Below are positions 1 through 13,854 of a stretch of DNA of 64,000 nucleotides, one piece after another. Within the stretch, counting starts at the first letter, position 1; every line of letters starts with the position of its first letter. This DNA is from Dimorphilus gyrociliatus (Eukaryota; Animalia; Annelida), in contig CAJFCJ010000002.1 of the NCBI GenBank assembly GCA_904063045.1, positions 248,001 through 312,000 of the forward strand, read 5' to 3'. The notes beneath the pieces are model-generated. The model searched no databases, was not told where the DNA came from, and saw only the letters and a program-made list of their open reading frames with translations. A program made the position numbers and the translations under genes.

Positions 1-3000
1 CATTAGTAAAAACTCAGTCATACCTATAGAAGTAATATATTAAAGATAAAATCGTAAATCAAACCTAATAAAGAAATCTTACGAGTGCATTTTTTAGAAC
101 TTTCAGAGAATTCGTAGAGGTTTAGACACTTGCAGCTTTTTTGGCTAAGGCCAGTTTTATTGTTATGTTTCAGCAGACAAATGGCATTTTCATCGCAACC
201 CCCATTATCTTTACAGGGATTTTCGCCAGGTTCTTGAACGAGGGGATGAAAGATTTTTAAACCGTACGGACGGCGTTTAATACGATGGACAACATAGACG
301 TCAGAACCATCAAACTTATTCGCTCTCAAGATAGAACTGGTACCCCAATCAATCCAGAAGACAAAAGAACCAAAAACGTGTATAGAGAAGGGGTGGGTCA
401 AAAGAGGATGATTAGTAAGGATTGGAATAACATTCTTCCCATCCATGTCTGATGTATAAATCGAATGGGAGTGTGCGTCCGCCCAATAGATCCTATCATT
501 TGTATTATCAATTGTTAATCCATTCGGCCAGCTACCACCCATGTCTTTCAAGTTGGTAAGAAAAATCCTGTCAGAACCATCCATAGAGCATCTTTCAATT
601 CTTGGAGAATGTCTGTTCCAGTCAGTCCAAAATAAATAGCCTTTTTTGGGTGAGACAGCTATTGATCTCGGATTTCCAATGGTACCTGACACTAGAACCA
701 TTTGAAAATCTCCATTAAAATTTGAAACTTGAATTTGATCTAAGGCAGCATCCGTCCAATATATTTTTTCATTTATCCAATCAACAGCAATTCCTTCTGC
801 TGTCGTTAAACCATAGCTTATGATAGGTTTAATTTCAACTCTGACATTGTCTTTATAAATACTTCTGAAGATTGAATTCTCTCCAATATCGGTGAAAAAA
901 AGTTGCATCGATCCGTCTGTCTTATTATCGTAATAATCTAAACCAACTATCGACTGTAAACCGTCGGTTAACTCAAAACGAGTTGAATTTCCTGACGCAA
1001 CAATTGTTTTTCTACGATTTAAAACATCTCCATTGTACAAAAATATACTGTGCCCTGCACTGTAAATGACATTAGCGGTGTCTTCGCTAGATGGTATACA
1101 TGTGAAGTTGTCGAATGGGTCCAGAGTGTAATTATCGAGGCAGCTACATTGTCTTTTCTTAGTACATATCTGAGAACATGTACCATAATCTGAGCAACTG
1201 CGGTTATCCACACACCTGGAATCCGAGCCGTCTAGTAACGCCATGCCAGGCGGGCAAACGCATTGGAATCCCTTAGGTGAGTTAAAACAAGCCCCTTCAC
1301 ACTTTATTCTGTTATACAAGCACATTTTAAATTTGCATAAACCCCCTTCATCGTCACCTAAAGGACAGTCACTTCGTCGGTCGCAAGTTTTCGTATATTT
1401 AATGCATTTTGTACTGTTTAGGCATTTATAGTTCGGTTTCTCACAAACTGTTTGATTGCAGTTACTTTCATCGGATTTATCTGGACAATCGTAACGACCG
1501 TTACATCTGTTAGATGGCTTATTACAGTCATCATCATCTTTAGGACATCCTTTTTCGTCTTCTCCGTCGATGCAATTTTTAATACCATTACATTTCAGTG
1601 AAAGAGGAATACAATACTGTCTATCTTTTCCACAAGTAAAGAATTCAGCAGGGCAAGTTTTATTGTTCTTCACAGCTGGACAATTTAACAAATTTTCATC
1701 TTGAGAAAAAGGGCAATGGCTGATCTCGTCACATACCAGAGTCCAATTTATACACAAGATATTAGTTGGAAAACACGAGAACTCATCAGCAGAGCACGTT
1801 TTCTTGACACCACAAACCGCTTCATCTTGTCCATCTCTACAATGAAAGACTCCATCGCAAACCTGTTCATGCTTTAAACAGGTTGTGTGACCATCGCATG
1901 CAAATTGGCATTTTTTATCATTCAATTTTGTACAATTAGCTCTTTCATCCTCTCCATCTGAACAATCAGAGTACCAATCGCAAACCGAGCTATGAGGGAT
2001 GCATGAGTTGTCGGATGTGCAGTGAAATTGATGACTATAGCAAGGGGGTTTATTACAATGCATTTCATCTATATTATTTGGACAGTCTGCTTTTCCATCG
2101 CAAAATTTATCGCTTGGAATACATAAGTTTTTTCCACATGATCTTTTAGAAGCTGAACATAGACTTTTTCCGCATTCTAATTCATCACTTTCATCTTCAC
2201 AGTCCGGTTTCCCATCACACTTTTGGCTAAATAAATAAAGTATAAATAGATTATCAAACAAGTTTATGAATAGCAAATATTTAATAACAAATCAACACGA
2301 TAAAGTAGTAAATTTACCTTTGCTCTATACAATAGTTATTTGTACAGCGGAAAGATGGTTTGTTACAGTCTATTGTACCATTAATTTCCATCTTTTCACA
2401 CGTTTTCTTATCTTTTTGTGAGATTTTATAAAAATTTCGACAAGCGCATTCACACTTTCCAGATTCCAGTGGTACGGAAATTTCGGAACAGTTTGCATCT
2501 TTACACGGATTATCTTGATATAATTCTACATAATTCACAATAGTAATTAGCATCTGTTAATCCTATCAATTAATAATTTTTACCTGGATTAGTTAGAATG
2601 ACTCTTGAAACATCATCCTTAGTTGGCTTGAGGATTCTTTCGTATCCTTGTCCATTTTTATATATTTTATACATTCCATCCAAAGAAGCGATAATATAAT
2701 ATTGATTCTTGATGTAGGATATTGATAAACTCTTAAGGGGACTCTTCGACAATTTATAAGTTTTTACATTTTGCCTAATACCCTTTTGATTAGAGCTTAA
2801 CGATTCAAAAAACTTGTCATATATAATAAAGAATCGATCTTTGATATGAAAGAGATCAACAGGATATTCATAATTTCTTCCGAAAGAGTCTATTTTTTTG
2901 CAGTTTCTAGCAAATAAATCACAAACGTTTAACGTAGCGCTTGTATGTTTATCCATATCCAAGAATTCCAATTTGTTATCGTTATAATTAATTGTTGACG

Positions 3001-5480
3001 CCATTATAAAATGAGAATTAATTTTGATTGTCTTTTTATATGCGTTACCCATTATTGGAATAATATCCACGTAATAGCTACGAAATACATAAAGATTTCC
3101 AGTTCTTTGATCAAAACAAGATGATCTAAGATCATACGAAGACGTTGACATTTTTTTCCAATTAGCTATTCCATTGTTATTTTCAAATTTAGTAAATTGT
3201 ACTTCGGAATTGTTTACGCCAAGAACGATTTTTTCCTTCCAATAAATATGATAAGTATGAATCATATTCTGTGAGCCATCAGACTTAAAACTAGGTAAAA
3301 CTCGCTTTGAGTGGTTTATCTCAAAGGATTTTAACGTATAACTAACCAGAGAGCCATCAGAAGAGAATACAGAAACAAATGGTTTTTGACCTACTTCATA
3401 TTCAATACAGGTATTATTCTCTGTTTTTTTGAAATCTTCTTGACACATACATTTACACGATAGATTTTCAGTTTTAGGATCTTTGTACGGAACTATTAAA
3501 TCTGTGTTGCAACTGCAATTCTCCATTTTCGTTTGAAGTTGTAAACTTTCGTGAAAACCTTGCAAACTGTACAAATATCTTTCATTCTTTAAAGATTCAG
3601 GTATGGGTACTGATTCAAAATTCTTATTTTCTGTTTGATATAAAAAGTTTCTCAAATCCTTTTTATACCATTTTTGACTACCAAAATCGAAGACAATCAT
3701 AGTCGAATTGAAGAATTGTAAGGAAGGTTTTATAAGTTTTTTCTCGAAATATGTTATCCTATGTAAACTCTTTCCATCGTAATTACATCGATATAAATTA
3801 TTGGCAAAAGTAAAATAGATATGTTTCTTGACCATATCCAGCGTTAAACCTTTAACACTATCGCTTTCAACTTTTGACCATTTAACAATTGTTGTTGTTT
3901 TATTAGAGGCAAACTCTACTCGGTTCAATCCATATCTCGTTAACATGAAAAGACATCTGAAAAAATTAATATACTATACATTTAAGTAATCAATATAATA
4001 AATTTATTGATTTTATACCCTTCAGTAGAATCAACTTGATTACCATTCCTCCATTTTAGCCAAAGAGTTAAACCTCTATGAGTTGAAGTGACTTTGCAAA
4101 CCTTTCCATTCTTTGAACAAAATAGAAGGCTTACTGCAAACTTGTATCTCGCATATCTTAAGATTATCCAGTTTTTACCGATCCAATCGTAACCCAATAA
4201 GAAAACTAGAAGTGAAAATCATTTTAGATTAAGTAAGAATATATCAATAAAATCTTTACTTTTTCCAAAAAACCATTTTCCGTATATTGGTATTTGTTCG
4301 TCATACGACAACTTAATTTCGCCATTGTCCAACCTTTTAATTTTATCACACGCAATTATCAGTCGCAATTGTCGTAATGCTCGATGGGCTGGTATCTTTT
4401 CCTATAATTTTAGTAAGTTAACATGTTTTTACTATATTATATATATAATGTATATATATATATATATATAAATTGTAAATGTATATTACATGGCAGATTT
4501 TGTTTTCATTGTATATAACAATTATTTTTGAATTTGATTTTCGTTTTGACAGTTTTTTTGTGCTTTCTGTGGATTAAATAAAGATAATTAATAGACGAAT
4601 TATTTAAATATTTCATTATTTACGTGTAAAATCTTTCTTAAGAAATATAATTGAGCGGGGACTACCAACAATGAATCCGGTTGCCTTGTCTTTTGGCTCT
4701 GTTTTTTTTTTAGTCACAATAAATAATTAGTTAAAGAAGTTGAAATTAAAAACATATTTTATGTACCAACCTTTAACTAGACAATCTCGGCCTACTGTTT
4801 TAAACGATTTATGGCAAGTGCAACGATAATTGGTACCATCCTTCGCACAATAATGGTCACAGGTTCCTTCGTAGTCACACTTATTAAAATCTAATTCAAA
4901 GAGAATTAATATGAAATATTTAAATAATAATTATGCGATTATCATTCAATATTTTGTAATAATACTTACCATTACAACTGGACTCTTTTAAACTGGAACC
5001 TTTACAAAAACAAATTGGTGGTTTGCTATGATATATCTTACACATTGTACTAGACTTAAGACGATCGGGTAGATTACAGATCTTGTCCCTATCTGATGAC
5101 TTTTGAAATAGGCAAGTAGATGAATTTAGTAATGGACTTTCTTTTAAATCAGCTGCAATTGACCTTGAATTAGGTAATTACATTTATAGTTATTGTTTAC
5201 TAACTGCAATTAGGACCCTCATCAGTACCATTTGGACAATGGGGTTTTGAATCACACAATTGACTCATCAGAATGCATCTTGGATACCCTTTACAGATGG
5301 AGTAATTCGGATAGCAGTTTGGGAACTTGGCTTCTAACAGATTACCAAGAAAGCCGATGATAAGTGATGGATGTATTTAGAAATATAAAAAATCAAACCT
5401 GTAAGATCCTTGCTCAAGTCTTGAAAACTTTGACTAATACTGGTAAAAATTATAAATGCAACTTTTAAGATTGTCTTCAT
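1..5480 (-). CDS. LRP1: LDL-receptor-related protein 1-like (5' part only; gene continues past the left edge), multi-exon
   Basis: ATG at 5480 gives signal peptide MKTILKVAFIIFTSISQS. Then 2 LDLa repeats, EGFs, two degenerate propellers with EGFs (ORFs 3982-4197, 2570-3946, 2314-2553), 8 LDLa repeats, 2 EGF and a canonical YWTD propeller (IYWTD/LFWTD/IYWAD in ORF 24-2276). The 2+8 LDLa cluster layout is the LRP1 architecture. An intron at ~82-24 leads into a further exon (MTEFLLM) that exits the window. Confidence 0.85.
4433..4470. repeat. (AT)n microsatellite in an LRP1 intron
   Basis: Direct reading of the TATATA run. Confidence 0.85.
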
Positions 5481-5756
5481 TATGATTTGATTGGTTTAGA
5501 ATATATATTCCGAGACAAAAGCAGCTGAGAAAATTTCATTCGTAGCAAAATTTAAAGACAGTTGTCCATCACTATCAGTAAACTGATCTAATGAATTGTA
5601 AACCTTTCTGGTTAAACTTCCAAAGAGTAGACCAAAGCTGCTGCTTCAAATTTTGAACGCTACTATGCATAGGCTCATAAAACGATTGATTTATTATTTA
5701 TTTAAGCATAGCAGGTAATTAGGACTAATACTGGCCGTCACCTTGACCCTTAGTAA

Positions 5757-5767
5757 AGCGCCATCTG
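5757..5767 (-). promoter_or_regulatory. CTCF-like motif CAGATGGCGCT in the LRP1/TGFBR1 divergent promoter
   Basis: Matches the AGRKGGCGC CTCF core; the same 10-mer recurs at 18363 and 41802. Confidence 0.5.
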
Positions 5768-6006
5768 TATCCGTTCCTTCTGCGGGACTACAATTTCCAG
5801 GACTAAGAAACGTAGTCCGATGTTTATGCGTAATTTTTTTATCTGAACTTTATACGTTCACACAGCCTAAGAAGAGGAACTGATTGTTTATAAATTTTTA
5901 TTGGAGTTTTCTTAATTAATTCACGGAAAAATTGTTTTAAAAAATTCCAGACGGCAGCGCATGAATATTTATAGTCTATGTCTGGCAACCTATAGAAATT
6001 AAAAAT

Positions 6007-8167
6007 ATGAAGTTAGCCCTACTCGTCTTATTTTCCTTGGCAAATAGTCTTTTTGGTAAGATGATTTTAAATGCTATAAACTTGATCATAACAAAGTTTG
6101 TTTTCTAGCTATAAAATGTAGATGCAAAGGAAGATACGGTTTTCCAGCTAATGGCCAAAATTGCAAAGGAGACACTTGCGAAATAGAGGATGGATTTTGC
6201 TATAAAAGCATTTATAGAGCTCAACCGACAGAAACCCACTATGAAAATATCATTAAAATTTATGGGTAAATAAATATTTAATATCCATCCTATACTTAGC
6301 AGTTGTTCCTCATTACTGTAATTTTTTAATCTTTTCAGTAGTTAAATTACGTAATCGATTTTCTATATTCAATGAAAGATGTTGACACTCATTCACACGT
6401 ATAATATTTATATATATGTTATATATATATATATATATATATACAGTGTATATACATATATCATTCATATGTTATTATCTTAGCTATCAAGACCTTGACC
6501 TATATGTCACGTGACTTATTTTAAATAAAATTATTTTATATTACCTACCTTCCTACAGTAAAGAATACGAAAATTATGGTTGCCAAAAGAATCATATTGG
6601 CATGATAATTGGTGAATACTGCAACACTGTGAGTTTTAAGGCAGATAAAAGAGTTAGTAAATGCTGTGCAACAGAAGATTTCTGCAATGATAAAATAGAG
6701 ATAAAACTTCGAGACATCAATACTACACCAAAGCCAACGGGTGGGATGAAACCTAATTTTAATATTTGCATAAATTAATACTTTTTCTTATCATTGCAGA
6801 AAATAGCGAGAGTTTTCCGATTTACATTGTTATCATAGCCATTGCCGTTGCTTTTGGTGCAGCCGTAATCTCTATTGCCATAGTCAAAGTATTGCAGTGT
6901 AGATTTAAGAATAGTAAGAACGTGAAGATAAAAGAAGTCGATCAAGAGCAGACTTTAGTAAGTTAAAAAAGTATTCAAATAACATAATTATCTCTGTTTT
7001 GTTCCAGATACCTGATACCCCAGATACTTTGGCAGAAATGATGACTGAAAGTGGTAGTGGATCAGGTCTTCCATTACTTGTTCAAAGAACATTTTCTAGA
7101 CAAATCACATTAATTCAATGTATTGGTAAGGGAAAGTTTGGTGAGGTTTACAAGGGGACGTGGAGATCGGACGATGTTGCTGTTAAGATATTTTCAAGTA
7201 GAGATGAAGTCTCATGGAGAAGAGAGACTGAAATATATCGCTCTAATCTGATAAGGCACGAAAATATACTTGGATTTATCGCCAGTGATAATAAAGATAC
7301 TGGAACTGTTACCCAACTCTGGCTTGTCACGGAATACCATAGTCTGGGATCTCTTTTCGATGTTCTTCAGAATCAAACTGTCACAAAAGAGGATATGTTC
7401 TATATGGCTCTTTCTTCTACAAACGGACTTATGCATTTGCATATGGAAATCGAATCAATGGGAGATAAAGAATATAGGAAACCGGCTATTGCTCATAGAG
7501 ATATTAAGTCAAGAAATATATTAGTGAAGAAAGATGGAAGAACCTGCTGTATTGCCGATTTGGGTCTTGCTGTGACATATGATAGTCAAACCAAAAATGT
7601 AAACATACCCCCACAAGGTTGTCGAGTTGGCACAAAGCGTTACATGGCTCCAGAGCTGCTGGAAGACAGCTTTAATCATACAAATTTCGATTGCTTTCGA
7701 CAAGCTGATATTTACTCGCTTGCATTAGTATTTTGGGAGTTGATTTCTAGAATGGATGATGATGGTTTTGTTTTTCACAAAAAGCATGAACTGCCATACT
7801 ACGATTCCGTTCAAAGTGACCCTCCTATCGAGGAGATGAAACATACCGTGTGCACATTAAATAAACGACCCAACTTTAGTGAAAGGTAATCTCTATCTTT
7901 TAAATTACTTTCCGTCTTTTTCAATGATTAATAAGATAATTATTGTCTATTAGGTGGAAGAGTGACTTTGCTCTCCGAAAATTCACAGATCTCGTCAGTG
8001 AATGTTGGCACAAGAATTCCGGTGCAAGACTATCAGCTTTAAGAATAAAAAAGACTCTACTTACAATTCTCGAAACGTTTCAAAACTCAAAAACTGAAAA
8101 GAAAGAAGTAAATACAATAAATTCATGTGAAAAATCGGACCATAAAGTGAATTTTTTGTTTCTTTAA
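6007..8167 (+). CDS. TGFBR1: TGF-beta/activin type I receptor Ser/Thr kinase (ALK4/5/7, baboon-like), 6 exons
   Basis: Signal exon [16 protein letters not shown] (6007-6055); Cys-rich ectodomain ending CCATEDFCN; TM in ORF 6766-6966; GS box [16 protein letters not shown]; kinase motifs [30 protein letters not shown]45 loop [13 protein letters not shown] is ALK4/5/7-type. Confidence 0.92.
6405..6460. repeat. (AT)n microsatellite in TGFBR1 intron 2
   Basis: Direct reading. Confidence 0.85.
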
Positions 8168-9548
8168 TTTTAACATGAATAACATATATATATAAATATA
8201 TATTTAAAATGGTATTAAACAAAGTCAAGTTGTTAAATTATGTTGCTATATTTTGTTATTATTTTTACGTAATAGATATGTTTATGCATATGTAACTATG
8301 AAATGTTTCTCCTTTTTTTTTTGACTTTTAGACTAAATACTATGAATAAATAATGGCTTTTTTAAATATATAGCAATTCTACATACAAAACAAATGTATA
8401 TAAATAGTAATAATTAACTTCACAGTGTATAGTGTTAAACTGCCAAAGTGCAAAGTATAGAACAATTGTAATCACGTCTATTCATTAAAAATCCAACTTG
8501 GACCTGACACTTAGGTTTCTGTCACACTCGTAAAAATTCTATAAAAAAGGCTAGGGGTGCACTAAACCCTCTTAATTGCATAATTAATCCTTTAACGGAA
8601 TAGAAATCAAATTCATTAGCATCAAAGTACAGCTATAAAAAACTAAGACATTTAGATCCTAAGCGTTATTTGAGAATACAGTTATTGCTTCTTTACCTGG
8701 AAACGTTTCTATGTATGCTTATTTAAAGAGAGAAAAAAAGTAATTTTATTCCGTATATCAAGTGACTATACATTACTTGGAAATGTAGGAAAAGTTCAAC
8801 AGTATATACTTCGAGGCTATTTCTAGTTGATAATTATTCTTTAATAAAAAGCTATCACAATGTAAAATCACGATAGTTTACTATCGACCTTGTATAATCA
8901 ATTAGGTAAAAGACATTTTCTCTTTTTCTCTCCTTATTTGTAACCGCTTTATCGGCTGATTGATTAATTAACAAATGAAAGAGATTTAATTGTTGACTCG
9001 AGATTAAATGCTAAATATACAGACACAAAAAGGAAATCTACTTATCGTTATATAATACTTAACAAGTAAATACTGAATGTATATAATAAATATATATATA
9101 CTGTATAACTGTACATATTAACCTTAAAGCATATGCCTATCCATAAATATCTTACTGTAGTAAACAAACAGATTAAATCTATATTCAAAATCTCATTTTG
9201 GTGTTTATGTAGGAAATTGGTTAAGTAAATTTTTGTCAAGTGTTCAAAATTAATAATAGCATAAGCTTTACATTTTATATTAGATATTAACAGCATATAT
9301 TATAGATTGTATTCCTGATTTCTTTTTGTTAAAAACTGGTATAAATTTTCAATTAGTTATACTGTATCATATTTCGTAAGGTTATTTTTGGATTTTTTAT
9401 GGTGATCTTTAAAGGAGTAAGTTCTCAAATATCTTTGCAAAGCAGAAAGATATGAAGATGAAAATCGACTGTCTTTTGGCATCTGTCGATATAAAAAAGT
9501 TTATGAAATCGTTAACTTTCGAAAATCTTTAAGAAATTCAATAATCAA

Positions 9549-11501
9549 TTATCGGCTATTGTATCCGCTTGTCGACTGACTAGCTGATATTTTGTATTTT
9601 CCAGTAGGCTTTGATACTGTTGGTTTACTCTTCATATCCCATTGCCAGAAGCCAGTACCCCGATTTTCACTATTGTAGGTTATAATTGGTTTTCCATATT
9701 TTGCTAATTTAGGTTTATTATTGGCCGATCGATTTGATGAAATAACAGTTTTCACACTTGCACTACTCTTCTCTTTTTCCTTTACATGTTTACTACCTTC
9801 GTTCGACCTTGTAATTGATGGAGGAAAACCGGTCACGACCGAACCATATTGTTCTCTTTTCGGCGAACTATCTAATCGCAGTTTATTTTGAATGCTAAAC
9901 AATTTACTCATTTTGTCGTTTTGAATTTCTTTTTGTTTTTGTTCTTTTTTTAATGTTTCAGTATTTTTCGACCTAGATTTTGGTTTGGGAGTTATATGCT
10001 GTCTTGGGGGTACCATTACCGTACGTCTTTCCTCGATCCGATCTGCAGGTGTCAATCGATCAGATATGGAAGCTGCAGGTTTATTACGGGGCGGCAAAGG
10101 TTTTCTATTTGATTTTGCTTTTCTTTCATCCCTTTTATCAGCATTCATAGTCCTTCTTAAACAATAGATAGCAATGCCTATCAAAACCACAATCAAAATT
10201 GATCCAGCAATAATGCAGCCAACTGAGAAGAAAAACATATATTATTACTTATGAACATACTAGTGTAATTTATTATTTGATGGAACTGAATAAAGTACTT
10301 TTAAACCAATACCAAAAGTCACTTTCATCAGGGTCCTTTGACAGTTCTTTAACTGATTGACAAATAAACTTATAAGGGTTTGTTTTCTTTACATTTTGCC
10401 ATAAGTAGCTTCCACTGAATTTTCTCATTATAACATAGTTACCGTCGTTATTAGGTGAGGAATCTTCCCATCTGAATTTCCCAATTTCATCATGACCTAT
10501 AACAAAAAGAAATTTATTATAATCCTTATAATAGTAACTATATAGGTATGAAGTGGATATATAATATAACAGAATGATTTTGCAGGCTTAAACCAAGTAT
10601 ATATGACTCATCGTCATATTAAAACGTGATTAGTGAAAATATATTTTATAAAATCCCTTAAAAAGTGGCATTTATACATTAATATATATATACTATAGAG
10701 TTTATTAATGGGAAAAAACCTCTGTTTATCCAAGACCATTTTTGTCTAGAAAGACCAATCCATATGCCATTCGATAGCTGCAAATTCGCTTTTCTAATAT
10801 AAACTATAACGTTTTGAACGCTACTAAACGAATTAACCGTCGCTAATCGACCTCCTCTAGAAAAAGATAAAAACAAAGTGGAAAAATGTTTCTTATATGA
10901 AAGAAATTTCTTACACATCTCTTTTACAATAGGTATTTGCATCATGCCAACTTTTGATATCTTCCCTATTTTTATACAAGTAAAAGCATTTGTCATGAAA
11001 ATACATCCCCGATATCTCATTACACTTTTCTTCGTCATATTTAAATTGACAAAGAAATTGAAAATTAGTCGCACAAACGGCCGTTTTGAACTTTCCATAA
11101 CCAAATCTTTGATTGGTTACGTCATCAAAATCATGAAGGTAGGGTGACATGTAACCACATTTATTATCTTCGTTTGGTTCATTTGTGAACCAATTAGTCC
11201 ACGTTGATTGAATCGTTTCTCCTGTCCATTCCCATTCAACAGTTTCTCCTGTCAGTCCTATCCAACTTTCAACCACTGAATTGTTTGCAAGTAATTGTGA
11301 AATTAATTCATGCTCTTTATCGTTTCTGAGATTAATAAGTGTTCCATTCGAAAACGTAGCATTACAGTATTGACTAGCTTCTTCCCATGGTAAAGCCTCT
11401 TCTATCAGGTGATAACAAGTTTCCTCGGTACACTTTGATTTTTGGGAAGAGCACATAGAAATCATAAATAGCGTTAGGAACAGCAGACCCTTACTCAACA
11501 T
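9549..11501 (-). CDS. Type I membrane protein with two C-type lectin domains and a long basic cytoplasmic tail, 4 exons
   Basis: ATG 11501 gives signal MLSKGLLFLTLFMISMCSS. CTLD1 (WEEASQYC, WIGL, EPN, FLCQ); CTLD2 split over exons (WHDANTYC|GGRLA, WIGL, PYKFICQ). Spliced in compatible phase to the TM+tail ORF 9549-10238 (GCIIAGSILIVVLIGIAIYCL). Confidence 0.8.
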
Positions 11502-12715
11502 GTCGCTCAAATAATTTCTTTCGGGTAGAATTTCATATTCTGACCCACCCAGTAAGAAATTCACCAATTGCGCGATTAAGGAATTGCTAGGTTGCACCAT
11601 AATTTGGCATTACACTGTGAACTTAAATGTTTCTTTATAAAAGGTTGCATCTATAAGGCGATAGAACAAACTACGTGAATGTTTCTTTCCAGCTGTATTG
11701 TTTGTAGAAATTTACGCATAGATTAGATGTATATATTAATTGAAGCTACTTTGAAATAGGTGACAATTAAATGGAAGATTTTAACAGCTCTTATGCTTTT
11801 GCTCGTTTGTTTCTGTGAAAGTATCATCGGAAATTGGCAACCAAATTTAAATAGTATTTATTTTTAACAACTTCACAGTTTATATTTTCTATTCTCTTAT
11901 AAGAGTTGTAAGCTAGTACAGAAATTTTATTATACTAAACGATTTTATGAAATCTAATTGTCTTAAGAAGGAAACCCATTAGTGTGAAAATATACTCTTG
12001 CAATTATAATAAGAGAAAGACAAGATATGATTGTGTTCAAAGTGAGTGCAAGAACTTGTGCAGCCTAATAGTACCCTCTAGTCTGAAGCCATTAATCGGT
12101 AAGACGCGTGGGTTTCTTTATAAAACTTTGGCCAATTCATAAACGTATGTAAAAAGTACTAATTGAAATTAGATAACCAATTAGAATGAGAGGGAGTGTT
12201 TACTTTCAAGCTGATTTTCAATAGAAAAACACAGACAACCCTGTATAATCAAAGTATTCGGATAAAATAAAAAATAAAACGTAAAAGCTACAAGATCACA
12301 ATAAGAGGCAGATGATACTTATCCGACATCAAGCCGGAGACGGGATAAAAATATATTATTTTTATTTCATTTTATTTTCATTATACAATATAATGCATAC
12401 ATAAACAAAAAAAGCAGTGAAAAATGTAACATTTTTGTTACTCATACCACGAAAGTAAAACGTCGTTTTTAAAATACGTAATATTCGATAAAATTACTCT
12501 TTACGAGCGCGTAGTTAATCGCGAAACAAAAAAAAAATAATAAACATAAAGATGCAGGTTTGTAGAGAATGTTCAAATTAAACACCAACCCCAAATTTTT
12601 GATTATCTTATATAATTGTTTAGGTGAAACGCAGTGTGCAATTGTGTTTTAATTTACACAACGATCATAACTGCATTGAAGAAATTAATCATTGTAATTT
12701 TATACAACGCAAGTA

Positions 12716-12850
12716 AATATATATATATGTATATATGTATATATATACAGTATATATATTTATATATAAAATACAGATACAGATATATATATGTATACAT
12801 ATATATATATATTTATATATATATATATATATATATACATGAAAGATATA
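12716..12850. repeat. Imperfect (AT)n/(ATAC) microsatellite
   Basis: Direct reading; explains spurious ORF 12634-12870. Confidence 0.9.
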
Positions 12851-13715
12851 TCACTGCAGATAAATGGTAAGGTTAACCCCAGAAATGACTCCTACAAGCA
12901 ATTATTTAAGCCACTATAGGATAAACCATTCACTATAAGACAAGCTTCGTATACAAAACAGTGTCTCACTGCAAAAATTTGCCGCAAAAGCATATGAAAT
13001 ATATGATACAAACAGCGTGATTAATGAATTTATATAGAATATAATCTATATTGAAAAACAAACTGCAAACATTCCGAAAATATCCGGTATTTTAAAACGA
13101 GCATTCGATTAAAATTCAATAAAAAAAATGCTCGCGTCATTCCCAGCCTATGCTTTACAAACAACACTCTCAATATGGCAAACAACAACGAATTTCAAAT
13201 TCGTATTTTTAAGAGACCAACATCTTTCCTATTTATATAGAACGCATACAAAATACTAACGCTATCAACATTTCCACGCATCACAGACTCAAAGAAGAAA
13301 AGAAAATCGTCATACATATCAGTTAATTGAATTGCAAAAAATCGTTTACCTTTCTTTGAAATATCTTCCTTAATCCCATTTTGTACAGTAGTTAAAGTTT
13401 GCGTATGAAAGCACAATTTCATTATGAAGGTTGTTAGCTCAGAAAGTGAACAGGAGAAAACACTAATGATAATTTGAAAGTGCGATTGCAAGCTAATATT
13501 CTAATAACAAACGAATCCATCGTCCGAAACCAACTATTCCCAATTCTTCATATCAGTATTTCGATCAGTCCTCCTCGTTTAAGAACTATTTAACTATATT
13601 CAACTATTCGTTCCAGTTTTTTACAACGGTCAAACAACAAACAGCCATTTTAAAAAAAGGAATACGCCCTCAGTCCCAAACATTTTTCGAAATACCAATT
13701 TTTATGTACTTAAAT

Positions 13716-13832
13716 ACACATAGATTTATACATATATTTTATATATATACGTACATACATATATATTTCAAAGATATATATAATATGTATATACATATAT
13801 ATATGTAAATATATATATATAAATTCATATGC
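13716..13832. repeat. Imperfect (AT)n microsatellite just 3' of the zinc-finger stop
   Basis: Direct reading. Confidence 0.85.
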
Positions 13833-13854
13833 GTATATCTATTAATTTATCTTT

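Noticed and set aside
11760-12142. Signal-peptide-like segment (VTIKWKILTALMLLLVCFCE) and a Cys-containing open frame 11951-12142
   Set aside because: No ATG and no phase-compatible splice path joining them; kept only as a weak possibility.
12634-13491. ORFs 12634-12870(+) and 13195-13491(-)
   Set aside because: The first is an (AT)n translation; the second has no homology cues or splice partners and probably lies in the zinc-finger 3' UTR.
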